A stretch of 64,000 bases of DNA from Candidatus Levyibacteriota bacterium. GTDB lineage: Bacteria; Patescibacteriota; Microgenomatia; Levybacterales; UBA12049. Shown here one piece after another: positions 37,075 through 46,766 of the stretch. The DNA lies in contig JACROF010000003.1 of NCBI GenBank assembly GCA_016214555.1, forward strand, positions 64,930 to 128,929, read 5' to 3'. Within the stretch, counting starts at the first letter, position 1; the number at the start of each line of letters is the position of its first letter. The notes below the pieces were generated by a model that worked only from the letters and a program-made list of their open reading frames with translations, was not told the origin of the DNA and did not search any database. Both the position numbers and the translations under genes were made by a program.

Positions 37075-37524
37075 TTAGGCTCCTTTGGTGGCTGGCGTAA
37101 AGACGACCGTATCGTCAGGACGCCAATCACCAAGTTGACCTGAAAACTGCTTTCTCAGAGACTCCATAAGAAGCCGGAGATTGCTGGCGTAAAGATCAAG
37201 GAAGTACTCCTCTTCATCGGTGTCATAGATCAAGACCACGACCGCATGATTGGATCTCCATTCAGGCCCTAACAGACAATCCTCTGACTCGAGGAGGTCC
37301 AGGTATGTTTTGTTTTCTGTGAAGCCAGCAAGGAGTTTGCCCAAAAATGACTTTGGCGCGGACAACCCCTCCTCAAACTTCATGAGAGCCGACATCATGT
37401 CACTGCTGATACTAACAGCCAAAGACTTGAGTGCGTCAAACTGCTCCTCTGTGAGACCAAGTCTGTCAGCTGGGCCGACATACTGGACAAAGCCGGAAAA
37501 AAGCTCCTCATCTCGAGTGTCCAT
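37075..37524 (-). CDS. Hypothetical acidic protein (higher-GC segment)
   Basis: 149-aa ORF with no recognisable motif. Its composition differs from the flanking sequence. Confidence 0.4.
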   Translation of the reverse strand: MDTRDEELFSGFVQYVGPADRLGLTEEQFDALKSLAVSISSDMMSALMKFEEGLSAPKSFLGKLLAGFTENKTYLDLLESEDCLLGPEWRSNHAVVVLIYDTDEEEYFLDLYASNLRLLMESLRKQFSGQLGDWRPDDTVVFTPATKGA

Positions 37525-37617
37525 GAGGCTTTCCTTTCACTTTTTACAAGGTGCAAAACGATCGGAAACAAGTATAACACGAGAAATGAAGAATCGCAAA
37601 CTATAAGATGCTTATAG

Positions 37618-39060
37618 TTAGAAAGTAACCGATGCTGTATAAGTCATGATCTGCCAATAGTCTCCAGGAGGTGTCGCGCTGCCAGCTCGCGCTCCATAAA
37701 CAACATAAACCACGTCTCCTCCTGATGGTGATGGGGCTGAGGGATAATTGACAAGAGTGTAATAGAATTTTGCCGATGGATTAGCAAAGCTTGGAGTTGC
37801 CTGACCCCAAATAGTTGTATTAACTCTACTATTGGCATCACACGCAGTAATACCATACCCCCCTGTTGTACCACTAATAGTCGTAGGTGCTGGAGTATTA
37901 TTGGCAGTAACGTTACCCTGAGCATTCACGACGTACTGTCCTGAAGCAGGATTAAGCAAAAAACCCGATGAGGTTGCGGTAATCACATACCCAGAACCTG
38001 TATTGGACTGAAGCGTCATTCTTTGTGCTGCATAGGTATTTCCTGAGCTATTAATAGTCCCCAGATTAACATCTGTTGATGTAGAAGGAAAATTTACGTT
38101 TGCATTCAATGCCGACCCACCATTGTAGCTTCCACCACAGACGCTGACCATATTTGTACTCGCCATTCCATCAATATTAAAGCTAAATGTAGGATCAATA
38201 TGGGCAACGACAAAAACTGATTCTATTGTACCCATCTTAAGAGATGCTGTGTCCAAAACGCTTCCCCCCGAACTACTGTAGGTAGTAACCCCAATATTTT
38301 TAACATCAGCTGTGCCTCGTGCCCCACTGGAATTATGTGTTGGGTTAATAATCGTTGGGAGTTGTGTGGTGCATGTTGTTGCAGATGTGGCTGAACACCC
38401 AAGCCATATCCAGACAGTTGTACCTCCAGGAATACTGCCTCCTGATGTCGTGCAGGTAGCCTTTGGTGTCTGACCATTTGAGCCATTGGTCACACCTGTC
38501 AGAGCCCATGAACAAGTAGCAGCTCCTTGGCCTATTTTTTCTTTGATGTTTCCACTTGCAAGACCATTAAACATCCAGGTATTTGCTGAAGGAGAGGCCT
38601 GGACAGTATCCTGACCCGTGACAGATGATGAAGTTGGATATGAAATTTCAATTACTCCCCCTGATGGAATCGCTGATTGAGTCGTAAAAACGATCTGATG
38701 CATTGCTGTGATAGGCACTGCCAAAATTCCTGTTTTGTCATGCGCAGCAGTCGTACTTCCTGTAAAGTAGACTGTCAGCCTATCAGCAGAAGTCGTTGCG
38801 ACCTGGACATACTCCTGAGCTCCATTTCGAAAAAAGACAGCAGAGTCGGATGAAAGATAGGTCGATGAATTATCAATAACGGTTACATTTGCAGCGCTTG
38901 CTGAGTAGTCTGCTGAGAGAGGAGCAGAGGCTGAGGGTCTTGAGGTTGTAGCGCTTGCTGAGGCATTAGAGAGTGAGGCTGCAAGGGTCTTTTTTGGCAA
39001 AAATACTCCTAGGCAAATCAAGGCAAGTAAAAAAATACACGACCGAAATCTAACGGGCAT
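37618..39060 (-). CDS. Secreted cell-surface protein (480 aa), paralog of 54547..55992; WxL-like C-terminus
   Basis: Signal peptide MPVRFRSCIFLLALICLGVFLPKKTLA. Matches the paralog block by block (ASLxNASASATTSRPS, VATTSADR, ITAMHQ.VFTTQ.AIP, VQASPSANTWMFNGL, VFVVAH.DPTF, GNVTANNTPAP, PPGDYW.IMTYTASV.F). Confidence 0.75.
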   Translation of the reverse strand: MPVRFRSCIFLLALICLGVFLPKKTLAASLSNASASATTSRPSASAPLSADYSASAANVTVIDNSSTYLSSDSAVFFRNGAQEYVQVATTSADRLTVYFTGSTTAAHDKTGILAVPITAMHQIVFTTQSAIPSGGVIEISYPTSSSVTGQDTVQASPSANTWMFNGLASGNIKEKIGQGAATCSWALTGVTNGSNGQTPKATCTTSGGSIPGGTTVWIWLGCSATSATTCTTQLPTIINPTHNSSGARGTADVKNIGVTTYSSSGGSVLDTASLKMGTIESVFVVAHIDPTFSFNIDGMASTNMVSVCGGSYNGGSALNANVNFPSTSTDVNLGTINSSGNTYAAQRMTLQSNTGSGYVITATSSGFLLNPASGQYVVNAQGNVTANNTPAPTTISGTTGGYGITACDANSRVNTTIWGQATPSFANPSAKFYYTLVNYPSAPSPSGGDVVYVVYGARAGSATPPGDYWQIMTYTASVTF

Positions 39061-39111
39061 AGTATTATACTATCCAAGAAGAGATGAGAAATTCAAGAGG
39101 CAACAAGGAGG

Positions 39112-39621
39112 TTATTTACTCTTACCCTGAGTAAAGTATTCATGAACTGTCGGATACTCGTGTAGTTCCTGCTCTGAGAACCAATGTGCTATCTCTTTTT
39201 CAGCATCCTGCGCGTCTCCTGATGCATGAACCAGATTTCCAACGCCAACTGTCTTTTCGTCTGCATGGGCAAAACTGATATGGGCGTAGTCTCCTCTAAT
39301 TGTTCCTGGAGCTGCAGCTTTTGGCTCAGTTGTACCAACCATTTTTCGAACAAGCGCTATAGCCTCTACTCCTTCAAGTACCATAGCAAGAACAGGTCCC
39401 TTTTGCATAAGATCCAAAACCATTTCAAATGCTTTTTGTCCTCGACGAGAAATCATCTGACCGATGCCTTCATAATGCTTGTGGTAATGTTCGTAGTCAG
39501 GCTGTACCAATTTTGCACCAACGATTTTAAGACCTGCTCTTTCAAAACGCGTAATAACTTCGCCAATTATTCCTCTTTGAATAGCGTCTGGTTTGAGAAT
39601 TACTAATGTTCGCTCGATCAT
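39112..39621 (-). CDS. ndk: Nucleoside diphosphate kinase
   Basis: ERTLVILKPDAIQRGIIGEVI... and the active-site His context NLVHASGDAQDAEKEI. The start is set at the internal MIERT. Confidence 0.85.
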   Translation of the reverse strand: MIERTLVILKPDAIQRGIIGEVITRFERAGLKIVGAKLVQPDYEHYHKHYEGIGQMISRRGQKAFEMVLDLMQKGPVLAMVLEGVEAIALVRKMVGTTEPKAAAPGTIRGDYAHISFAHADEKTVGVGNLVHASGDAQDAEKEIAHWFSEQELHEYPTVHEYFTQGKSK

Positions 39622-39628
39622 ATAATTA

Positions 39629-40927
39629 TTATAACACAACCAACTCTTCAAGTGCTTTTTTGTCTTCGAAGTTTCCAATAAGCGCCAAATTGAGTCCAGA
39701 ATTTACAAAATACTTTTTCCCGACCTCATCTACTTGCTCTTTGGTAACGCCATCAATTTTTTTAAGAATTTGATCTGGGTTAAGAATTTCTTTTTCCAAA
39801 AGTTCCTGATGAGCATAAAACGTTGAGACGGAACGACTATCCTCAAGCTCCAAGACAAGGTGTCCCTTCATATACTCTTTGGCCTTTTTAAACTCTGTGT
39901 CGCTAATATTGAGCTTACCTGCTGAAACCAGACCATACTGCTCAACCATCACTGCAATCGCATCTTTGACTCTTTTTGGATCGATGCCTGCTGTAGAAAC
40001 AAGTGAACCGCAATCGATATATTCATCAGAGCTTGATCTAACATAATACGCAAGCCCTCTCTTCTCTCTGACTTCGTTGAAAAGCCTTGAGCTCATACCT
40101 CCACCTAAAATTGATGACAAAACAGAGAGAGGATATTTATCGGGGTGGTTAAGATCTATTGTTCTGACACCTAGGGCAATATGAATCTGTTCTGTTTTTT
40201 TGTTGCGGATCAAAACTTGAGGCTTTTTTTGAGATTCTTTGAGAGGCTTTGCTGTAATTGTCTCAAATGACCCCATGTCACCAAAATATTTCCCGACTAA
40301 TTCCCGCATCTTATCTGAAACTTGTGGTGAGCCTGCCGAACCATCAATACCACCTGCTATGACAACGGTCATATTGTGTGGACTGTAAAGGCTTTGCATG
40401 TAGGAGACGAAGTCCTCACGAGTAATCGAACGAATAATATCTTTCTCGCCAGCTATATCCCACCCCATGGGGGTGTCGCCATACAAAAGATTTTCATAGA
40501 TATCGCCGATCTTTCGCATCGGCATATCCTCATAAAGATTGATCTCCTCAATAATGACTCCTTTTTCTTTTTCAATCTCCACAGGATCAAGCTTTGAGTG
40601 CTTGAGCATATCTGAGAGGACGTCTAAGATAGTCTCAACATTCCCTTTTCCTGCTTTGACATAGTAGCCTGTATACTCTTTACCAGTAAATGCGTTGAAT
40701 TCTCCACCAATCCCATCGATGAGTGAGGCAATATCCAAAGCGCTTGGACGTTTTTGTGTCCCTTTAAAAGCCATGTGTTCTAAGAAATGAGAAATGCCGC
40801 TATTTTTTTTGTTCTCATAGCGGCTTCCAGCCCCGACCATGACAAGAGCGGTAGCGGACTCAAAAGAAGGCATAGGGATTGTGATGACTCGAAGGCCGTT
40901 GGGGAGTGATGTTTTTGAAAACTGCAT
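39629..40927 (-). CDS. M16-family (pitrilysin/insulinase-like) zinc peptidase
   Basis: Inverted zinc-binding motif HxxEH in GISHFLEHMAFKGT, with a downstream Glu in EYTGYY. Confidence 0.85.
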   Translation of the reverse strand: MQFSKTSLPNGLRVITIPMPSFESATALVMVGAGSRYENKKNSGISHFLEHMAFKGTQKRPSALDIASLIDGIGGEFNAFTGKEYTGYYVKAGKGNVETILDVLSDMLKHSKLDPVEIEKEKGVIIEEINLYEDMPMRKIGDIYENLLYGDTPMGWDIAGEKDIIRSITREDFVSYMQSLYSPHNMTVVIAGGIDGSAGSPQVSDKMRELVGKYFGDMGSFETITAKPLKESQKKPQVLIRNKKTEQIHIALGVRTIDLNHPDKYPLSVLSSILGGGMSSRLFNEVREKRGLAYYVRSSSDEYIDCGSLVSTAGIDPKRVKDAIAVMVEQYGLVSAGKLNISDTEFKKAKEYMKGHLVLELEDSRSVSTFYAHQELLEKEILNPDQILKKIDGVTKEQVDEVGKKYFVNSGLNLALIGNFEDKKALEELVVL

Positions 40928-41054
40928 AGAAGAAGCCTATTCTAGCAGGTTCATTAAAAAAATCCAAGTGATTTATTGCATGTATCACAATAAAAAAACT
41001 CCTGTCTCGAAATCCGAAACAGGAGTATGTGTCTAGTAACTAAAAGGTGTCAGT

Positions 41055-41729
41055 CTAGTTCCCCAACCACTCATTTGTGGCTGTATCCACGGCTTTGGCA
41101 ATTGCTGTCTCCAGCTCCTGAAGATCAGACAGTAAGCAGAATGCGTTAAATGGTCCGTCTTCCAAAAGCGGAAGCTGTTCAGGAAATTGAACGATGACAT
41201 ACAATTTCCCATCAAACATGAACTCATTTTCAACAGGAATTCCCTTAGTAATTCCAGCGATGCAAAAAGCAGCAGCCTCCCTGAATTCCAGAGGATAATT
41301 CGATACCCATCGTGGACGTGTCCATACGGGGCGAAGCTCGTAGCAGGACTTGCTACCAACCTGCAGATGGAACAACTGCCACTCAAACCTAAAGAACTCA
41401 TTCTCCTTAAAGCACTCGGGATAAAAAACCTCCCGAGGAAGATCGCCGATGGTGATCGTAACTTTCCTAAAACCCAAGCTGCTCAGCGAACGACCATCGG
41501 TGACAGTCGCTCCAGCATCCTTAAGGGCAGAAAGAAATTCTTGACCACCATTGAGAATAATTGGGTTTGAAATTTCATGAAGGTCTTCAAGAACTCCTAC
41601 AACATCGCCAAGCGTATTGACTGGATACCACTTGCTTGTGTCCATGACTGGTCTCCTTTTTAAGGTTCTTCTTAACTCACATGAGTAAGATCGTGGCTGA
41701 ATTATAATTGAAGCTAATTGCATATGCAA
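41055..41729 (-). CDS. Hypothetical protein (higher-GC segment)
   Basis: ORF with no recognisable motif. The start is probably the internal MDTSKWYPV. Confidence 0.35.
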   Translation of the reverse strand: MHMQLASIIIQPRSYSCELRRTLKRRPVMDTSKWYPVNTLGDVVGVLEDLHEISNPIILNGGQEFLSALKDAGATVTDGRSLSSLGFRKVTITIGDLPREVFYPECFKENEFFRFEWQLFHLQVGSKSCYELRPVWTRPRWVSNYPLEFREAAAFCIAGITKGIPVENEFMFDGKLYVIVQFPEQLPLLEDGPFNAFCLLSDLQELETAIAKAVDTATNEWLGN

Positions 41730-41830
41730 ATGAGTTTATAAGAGGTTTAGAGGAAATATGAGGCGGGGAAGGTTGCAGTTTTTACTGCAGTTCTGACAAA
41801 GATGTCAGTCCCCGCCACCTTGTGAATATG

Positions 41831-42142
41831 CTACTCGGTTACAAACTGGAGCTCACCATTTCGGTAAGTAGTCGCAAAACTACCCTTGACCTTCACAGTG
41901 ACTTCTGAAAAGAAACATGCAGAAGCATATCCCCAAAACTTCCAGTGCTCGTCAGAGCGACCTTCTCGCTCAGCCCCCATGATCCTAACATTGACCAGGC
42001 GACTGTTGTCTAAAGTAAAACAGACTGTTCGCTGTGGACACTCTGGATATTCAGCAATCCCATCAAAGAGAGATAGCATGAACTCCCATTTTGAAGGACC
42101 ATTCTTAATACCAAAGATCCTTCTATCTGTGCCTGAAGGCAT
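41831..42142 (-). CDS. Hypothetical protein
   Basis: 103-aa ORF in a higher-GC segment. Confidence 0.3.
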   Translation of the reverse strand: MPSGTDRRIFGIKNGPSKWEFMLSLFDGIAEYPECPQRTVCFTLDNSRLVNVRIMGAEREGRSDEHWKFWGYASACFFSEVTVKVKGSFATTYRNGELQFVTE

Positions 42143-42309
42143 ACGCCTCCTCCTTTTTGTTAATTCCTGCTCAAAACCGCAGGAGGGTTGTTGTTCCGAT
42201 CCACCAACTGGGGGTACGAAACCACCTGAACATCCATTCAGGAATTAAGGAAATTATAAAGAAAACAAACGTTAAAGTCAAACTATAGGGTGATTCTTGG
42301 AATTAAAAA

Positions 42310-42660
42310 CTATTGGGAAGCTCTTCGGGCTTTTTGGACAAAGTGATGCTGAATCCTATCAAACAAAACACGAGATGCGGAGGGCATTTGTGAACGCTCG
42401 ATTCTGGCCTGTCTTTGCTCCCGCTCTCTTCTCAGCTGAGCAAGAGATGGAGACATATTGCCGCACTCATCTACAAAAGGCAGTTCATCATATCCAAGCT
42501 GCTCCTCGATCTCATGAAGTGGCATACGACTCACAGCATCCATGCCTCCAATTGCCTCAAATGCAGCCTCTCTTTGCCTTCGCTCTCTCTCGAGAGACTC
42601 ACGCGTTTGGAAAATATCTTTTATCGTTTCGAGGACACCTGGTCTTCTTCTCTCTCCCAT
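42310..42660 (-). CDS. Hypothetical Arg/Glu-rich protein
   Basis: 116-aa ORF. It abuts the 3' end of the disrupted argS. Confidence 0.3.
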   Translation of the reverse strand: MGERRRPGVLETIKDIFQTRESLERERRQREAAFEAIGGMDAVSRMPLHEIEEQLGYDELPFVDECGNMSPSLAQLRREREQRQARIERSQMPSASRVLFDRIQHHFVQKARRASQ

Positions 42661-42661
42661 A

Positions 42662-44151
42662 TTACATCCTCTCAGGTGCTTGGATGCCTAAAACATGCAA
42701 GCCTTCTTTGAAGATTATACCAACAGATCTAGTCAACGCAAGACGGAAATTCTTGAGATCTTCATCAGCTTTTAAAATAGGATACTTTTGATAAAAAAGA
42801 TTGAATAATTGGGCTAGTTCAAAAAGATACGTTGTGACAATATTGGGTGAAAATGACTCTGCAGCCTCAGAAATGATCTCGTTATATCTACTTAGATATA
42901 CTAATATTTGCCTCTCCTCAAACTCTAATGCTGTACCTCTTGCTTCTGATAAAGATACATCAATTTTTGATTTTTGGTTTTTGGTTTTTGATTTTTCTAA
43001 GATGCTTTTTGTTCTCACATAGGTATACTGCAAATAAGGTCCTGAGTTGCCCTCAAAACTTACTGACTCCTCAAATGAGAACTCGATGTCTTTGCCTATT
43101 CCTGATCGCAAGAGTGCCCATTTGACCGCCCCTACACCTACTACCTCAGCAACGTCCTCGTTTTTAGAGGTGATACCTCTACTATTCAGTCATACGTTGG
43201 CAGCCCGAGTGAATTGATGAAAACTCTTGTATGGAGGCCATAATCTTCGCCTGGAAAAACGACAGCTCCTTGACTCTCTTTAAATACATCTTTATTTTTT
43301 TTGACGAGCTCAAGGCCAATTACCCCGGCATAGCTCTCAAAATAAAGATGAAGAAACTCAGTACCAAGCCTCTCGTAGATGGACTCAAAATAATCCAGAC
43401 TCCATTGCCTACCTTTGAGATAAAGCTCACTAACCATTTTATTATCTTCTGAAACTTGTGCTGAGCTTATTGAAGCATAAACTTTTTTATTGATCTCAAT
43501 AATTTCCTCTTTTGCATGCGGATCTTCTTCATAAGCTGCTGCACCTAACGCATAAGCCTCTCCTAGAGCTTTTGCTTTTCCCTTCAAGCTCTTTTGATCA
43601 AATTCTGCTATTTTCCATATGCCATTAGCTATTTGCTGGCTTAGTCCCCAAATCGCTTTTGCTACATGGAGCCCAACATCGCCTTGATAACAAACCCTTC
43701 TGACCTCTCCACCTGCTCTTTCTATCAAACGCGAAATCGACTCACCAACGATGTTGCTGTAAAGGTGTCCGATGTGAAACTCCTTAAAAGGATTGGGGTC
43801 TGTAAACTCAATCATGATCTTTTTACCCTTAAAATGTTCAGAGGCTACCTCTTGAGTGTCTCTATCTAAGCTTTTAAGGAGTGCTTTTTGACTCAGAAAA
43901 AAATTAATAAAACCAGGCTTTGCGATCTCAATTTTTTTAAAACTCTCTCCTGTCTTTAATTTTAAAGCTGAACAGATCTTATCTGCCGCCTCCATGGGGC
44001 TTATCTTAAGTATTTTTGCAGCCTGAAAAGCAATATTTGTCGCATAATCACCATGTGTCGGATCAGCAGTAGCAGTAACAACCACATGAAATCCATCCAA
44101 GCCAAGCTCTGGCAAAACTTCTGTAAGTAATTGCTCAAGTTCATGTCTCAT
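42662..44151 (-). pseudogene. argS: Arginyl-tRNA synthetase disrupted by an internal deletion (KMSK region missing) plus a frameshift
   Basis: The N-terminal fragment (44151..43186) has GDYATNIAFQ, KIEIAKPGFINFFL and the HIGH motif FKEFHIGHL. It ends at ...GLHTRVFINSLGLPTYD, the equivalent of the E. coli ...YLYTTTD segment. The C-terminal fragment frame (open from 43189) starts at ...EDVAEVVGVGAVKWALL and continues through GNSGPYLQYTYVR to ...PERM, matching the ArgS anticodon-binding domain. The two frames differ. Only about 75 nt separate them, whereas about 95 residues including KMSK(S) are expected. Confidence 0.65.
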
Positions 44152-44539
44152 GCCTCAATTATACACTAATGACAATTAACGATGATCCTACCTTTACCTT
44201 GTCACTTTGCACATTCGATATAAAGCTTTGTGAGATGAACGTTAAAAAAGACGAAAGGCGAAGTCCGTGTCTTTTAGCGAATAAACAAAGCTTGTATTTA
44301 TGAATTTTATGTGCAACCGTGGCGAGAGCTTTTGGATACTTTTCTCGACAGAAAAGTATTACTCCAAAGGCAATGTAAGAAAAATGTAAGAGAGAATTTT
44401 CACAAAAATCATCACAAAATCACTCACGATTCTATATGCAAATTTATGCATTGTTATTCAATTGCATACACTTTTTAAAATTCACCATCTAGCAAAAGAA
44501 GGAGATTAACTGCTAAGAATTTTTTTCACAAAAGAAAAA

Positions 44540-44569
44540 GGCGCCATTTACCAACTGGTAAAAAGCGCC
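44540..44569 (-). terminator. Intrinsic terminator downstream of 44577..45095
   Basis: GGCGC-c-a-TTTACCA-ac-TGGTAAA-aa-GCGCC hairpin, followed on the minus strand by CUUUUUCUUUU. Confidence 0.6.
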
Positions 44570-44576
44570 TGAAGAC

Positions 44577-45095
44577 TTACAAAAGAGGTTCTCTGATTTG
44601 CAGAGTTGCTACAAAGTGATCATCTTCGTCACGCCTTGAAATCAAACGAATACAATCCTCCCTACTAATACCCACTTCTTGATCTGCAAAACGAAGCATC
44701 GAATGATCAGCATCAAGGAGATATGAACCGATAAATAATTTCCAATCCATGGTCGTCCCAGGACGATAGTCTGTAGAGGGCCCAACTCTACAAAGTTCAA
44801 CATCAACAGATGAATGGATAACGAGAAAAACAGACTGCTCTGGATCATCTTTAACATGTGTCTCTCGCGATGAGATATAGCAGTCAAAAAGCTGCTTAAC
44901 CATCGCCCCAGACTCACCAACTAGATCCCAGCCGGAAAGAGCATAAAGATCTCTGACCGCGTCAATGACGGTAGGCGCCTCAAGCACCAACTGCTTTACT
45001 GCATATTGTGTTCGATCAGACTTAGCAAGCCCACTCAGATGCTCGAAGAAAAGCTCTTTCGTCCACTCGTCACGAGCCTTTGGCGTGAGTACCAT
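44577..45095 (-). CDS. Hypothetical protein (higher-GC segment)
   Basis: 172-aa ORF with no motif. Confidence 0.4.
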   Translation of the reverse strand: MVLTPKARDEWTKELFFEHLSGLAKSDRTQYAVKQLVLEAPTVIDAVRDLYALSGWDLVGESGAMVKQLFDCYISSRETHVKDDPEQSVFLVIHSSVDVELCRVGPSTDYRPGTTMDWKLFIGSYLLDADHSMLRFADQEVGISREDCIRLISRRDEDDHFVATLQIREPLL

Positions 45096-45251
45096 ATGAT
45101 TTCTCCTCTTTGATAATGTGCAAGTTTACTCCCCAATTGGAGTGAGGAAGTATAGCACGGAAATAAATATTTGATCAAGTTTGATCTACTTAGATGATGT
45201 TATTTAGGATGAAAAAGGCGTCTTCCCAAAAAATGGTAGACGCCTTGTGTT

Positions 45252-45752
45252 TTACTTCTCTTTAAATCTTGCTGGTGGATTTTCCTGAATCTGCATCCAG
45301 TGCCACCACATAATATGTGCGCCAATAGATCTTCCCTTAGGTAATATCAGCCATCTATGGTCTTGGCGGATGATGCCTCCGCGTGAAAGCGTCAACTGGT
45401 GCATTCCTGGCTTCAAATACCCATTGACGAGCTCTATCTCATGAAAGACTTCAACCTCAAATAGCTTCCCCCAAGGCAATTTTGCATAATAATTCCTGCC
45501 TACTTGAGTTAGATAATACTGAAAAAGATACTGTCCGTCTTTAAATGATGAAGTCAATCTTTTTATCTCAAGCTCATCCACATCTGTTGCCATAAAACCA
45601 AGCATTCGAAGCCCCTGAAGAGGGACATTCGAGCCAAAAGGCCTTACAAATCTTTTCTCAAAAAGGGAAATGGCCTCAGAAAGAGCATCTACTTTTACCA
45701 AACCAAGAGGTTTCATCTCTACTCCATCAATATAAGGTGCAAAAGACAACAA
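45252..45752 (-). CDS. Hypothetical protein
   Basis: 166-aa ORF with no motif. Confidence 0.35.
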   Translation of the reverse strand: MLSFAPYIDGVEMKPLGLVKVDALSEAISLFEKRFVRPFGSNVPLQGLRMLGFMATDVDELEIKRLTSSFKDGQYLFQYYLTQVGRNYYAKLPWGKLFEVEVFHEIELVNGYLKPGMHQLTLSRGGIIRQDHRWLILPKGRSIGAHIMWWHWMQIQENPPARFKEK

Positions 45753-45878
45753 ATTACTGTCTTGAAGAAAGTATAGCAGCCCAATCGATGCCGATCAACT
45801 TTGATCATGTTTGATCCTAATCTGTATATATTGAATCTAATTGATCCTATTTAATACTCAAATTAACTATAGGTAAAA

Positions 45879-46766
45879 TTATTGGAGATTATAGGTCTTA
45901 CCATCAGTGACTAACCTCAAATTCCCTTCTGTGTCAGTCCTATGAACTTCTACACCATGCTCTCTCAAGGTCTTTACAATCTCAGAAGCTGGATGGCCAT
46001 AACTATTACCCTTACCTGATGAAATTGTTGCTATTGTTGGGTGCAACCAAGCCACTAAAGCCTTAGTAAGCCCTGTTCTAGAGCCATGATGTGGCACCTG
46101 CAATACTTCAATACTTCTCCTGCCACTGTGGCCATCAAAGAGATGTTGATATGCCGATATTGCCTCTTTAAGCTCTTGGTGCTGGCTATCTCCTGTAAGA
46201 AGAAGATCAAAATCGCCGTATGAAACAAGAACTTCAAGTGTTGGAACCTCACCTGAGGAGAGCACAAGTCCACCAGCAACGGTTTTTTTGACAAACTCCT
46301 CAGACGGCCCAATGATCGTAAAAGTGACTTCATCATCAGTCTTCACTATGTCTCCAATCTCAAGAAGTTCCCACGAAATGCCCTCTTTTTCGACCTCATT
46401 TTGCAACGCCTTATAGCCATATGAGGTATTTCCTACAGCCTCAGTTGCAAATTTTTTAACAGCATAATGAGCAAAGACATCCACAAGGCCATTAAGGTGA
46501 TCAGCATGAGGATGAGAAAGAAGCACAATGTCTATACTCTTTTGCCAAAAAGGGAGAGAGCTATCAAGACATCTGAGGATACTTTGATCTGGGCCGCCAT
46601 CAAATACAATCACATGACCTCGTGGAGTTCTAATGACAATTCCATCTCCTTGCCCGACATCACAGATTGTTACATGAAGCTTGCTATCATAGAAAGAAAA
46701 ATAGGTGTAGATTCCAAAAAATAAAAAGAATGCCGGAATTACAATCGTAAATAAGGTAAGCCTCAT
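45879..46766 (-). CDS. comEC: ComEC/Rec2 C-terminal metallo-beta-lactamase domain, encoded as a separate ORF
   Basis: N-terminal TM helix, then DVGQGDGIVIRTP and the HxHxDH motif LLSHPHADHLNG. Its start overlaps the stop of the upstream comEC membrane ORF by 4 nt. Confidence 0.8.
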   Translation of the reverse strand: MRLTLFTIVIPAFFLFFGIYTYFSFYDSKLHVTICDVGQGDGIVIRTPRGHVIVFDGGPDQSILRCLDSSLPFWQKSIDIVLLSHPHADHLNGLVDVFAHYAVKKFATEAVGNTSYGYKALQNEVEKEGISWELLEIGDIVKTDDEVTFTIIGPSEEFVKKTVAGGLVLSSGEVPTLEVLVSYGDFDLLLTGDSQHQELKEAISAYQHLFDGHSGRRSIEVLQVPHHGSRTGLTKALVAWLHPTIATISSGKGNSYGHPASEIVKTLREHGVEVHRTDTEGNLRLVTDGKTYNLQ

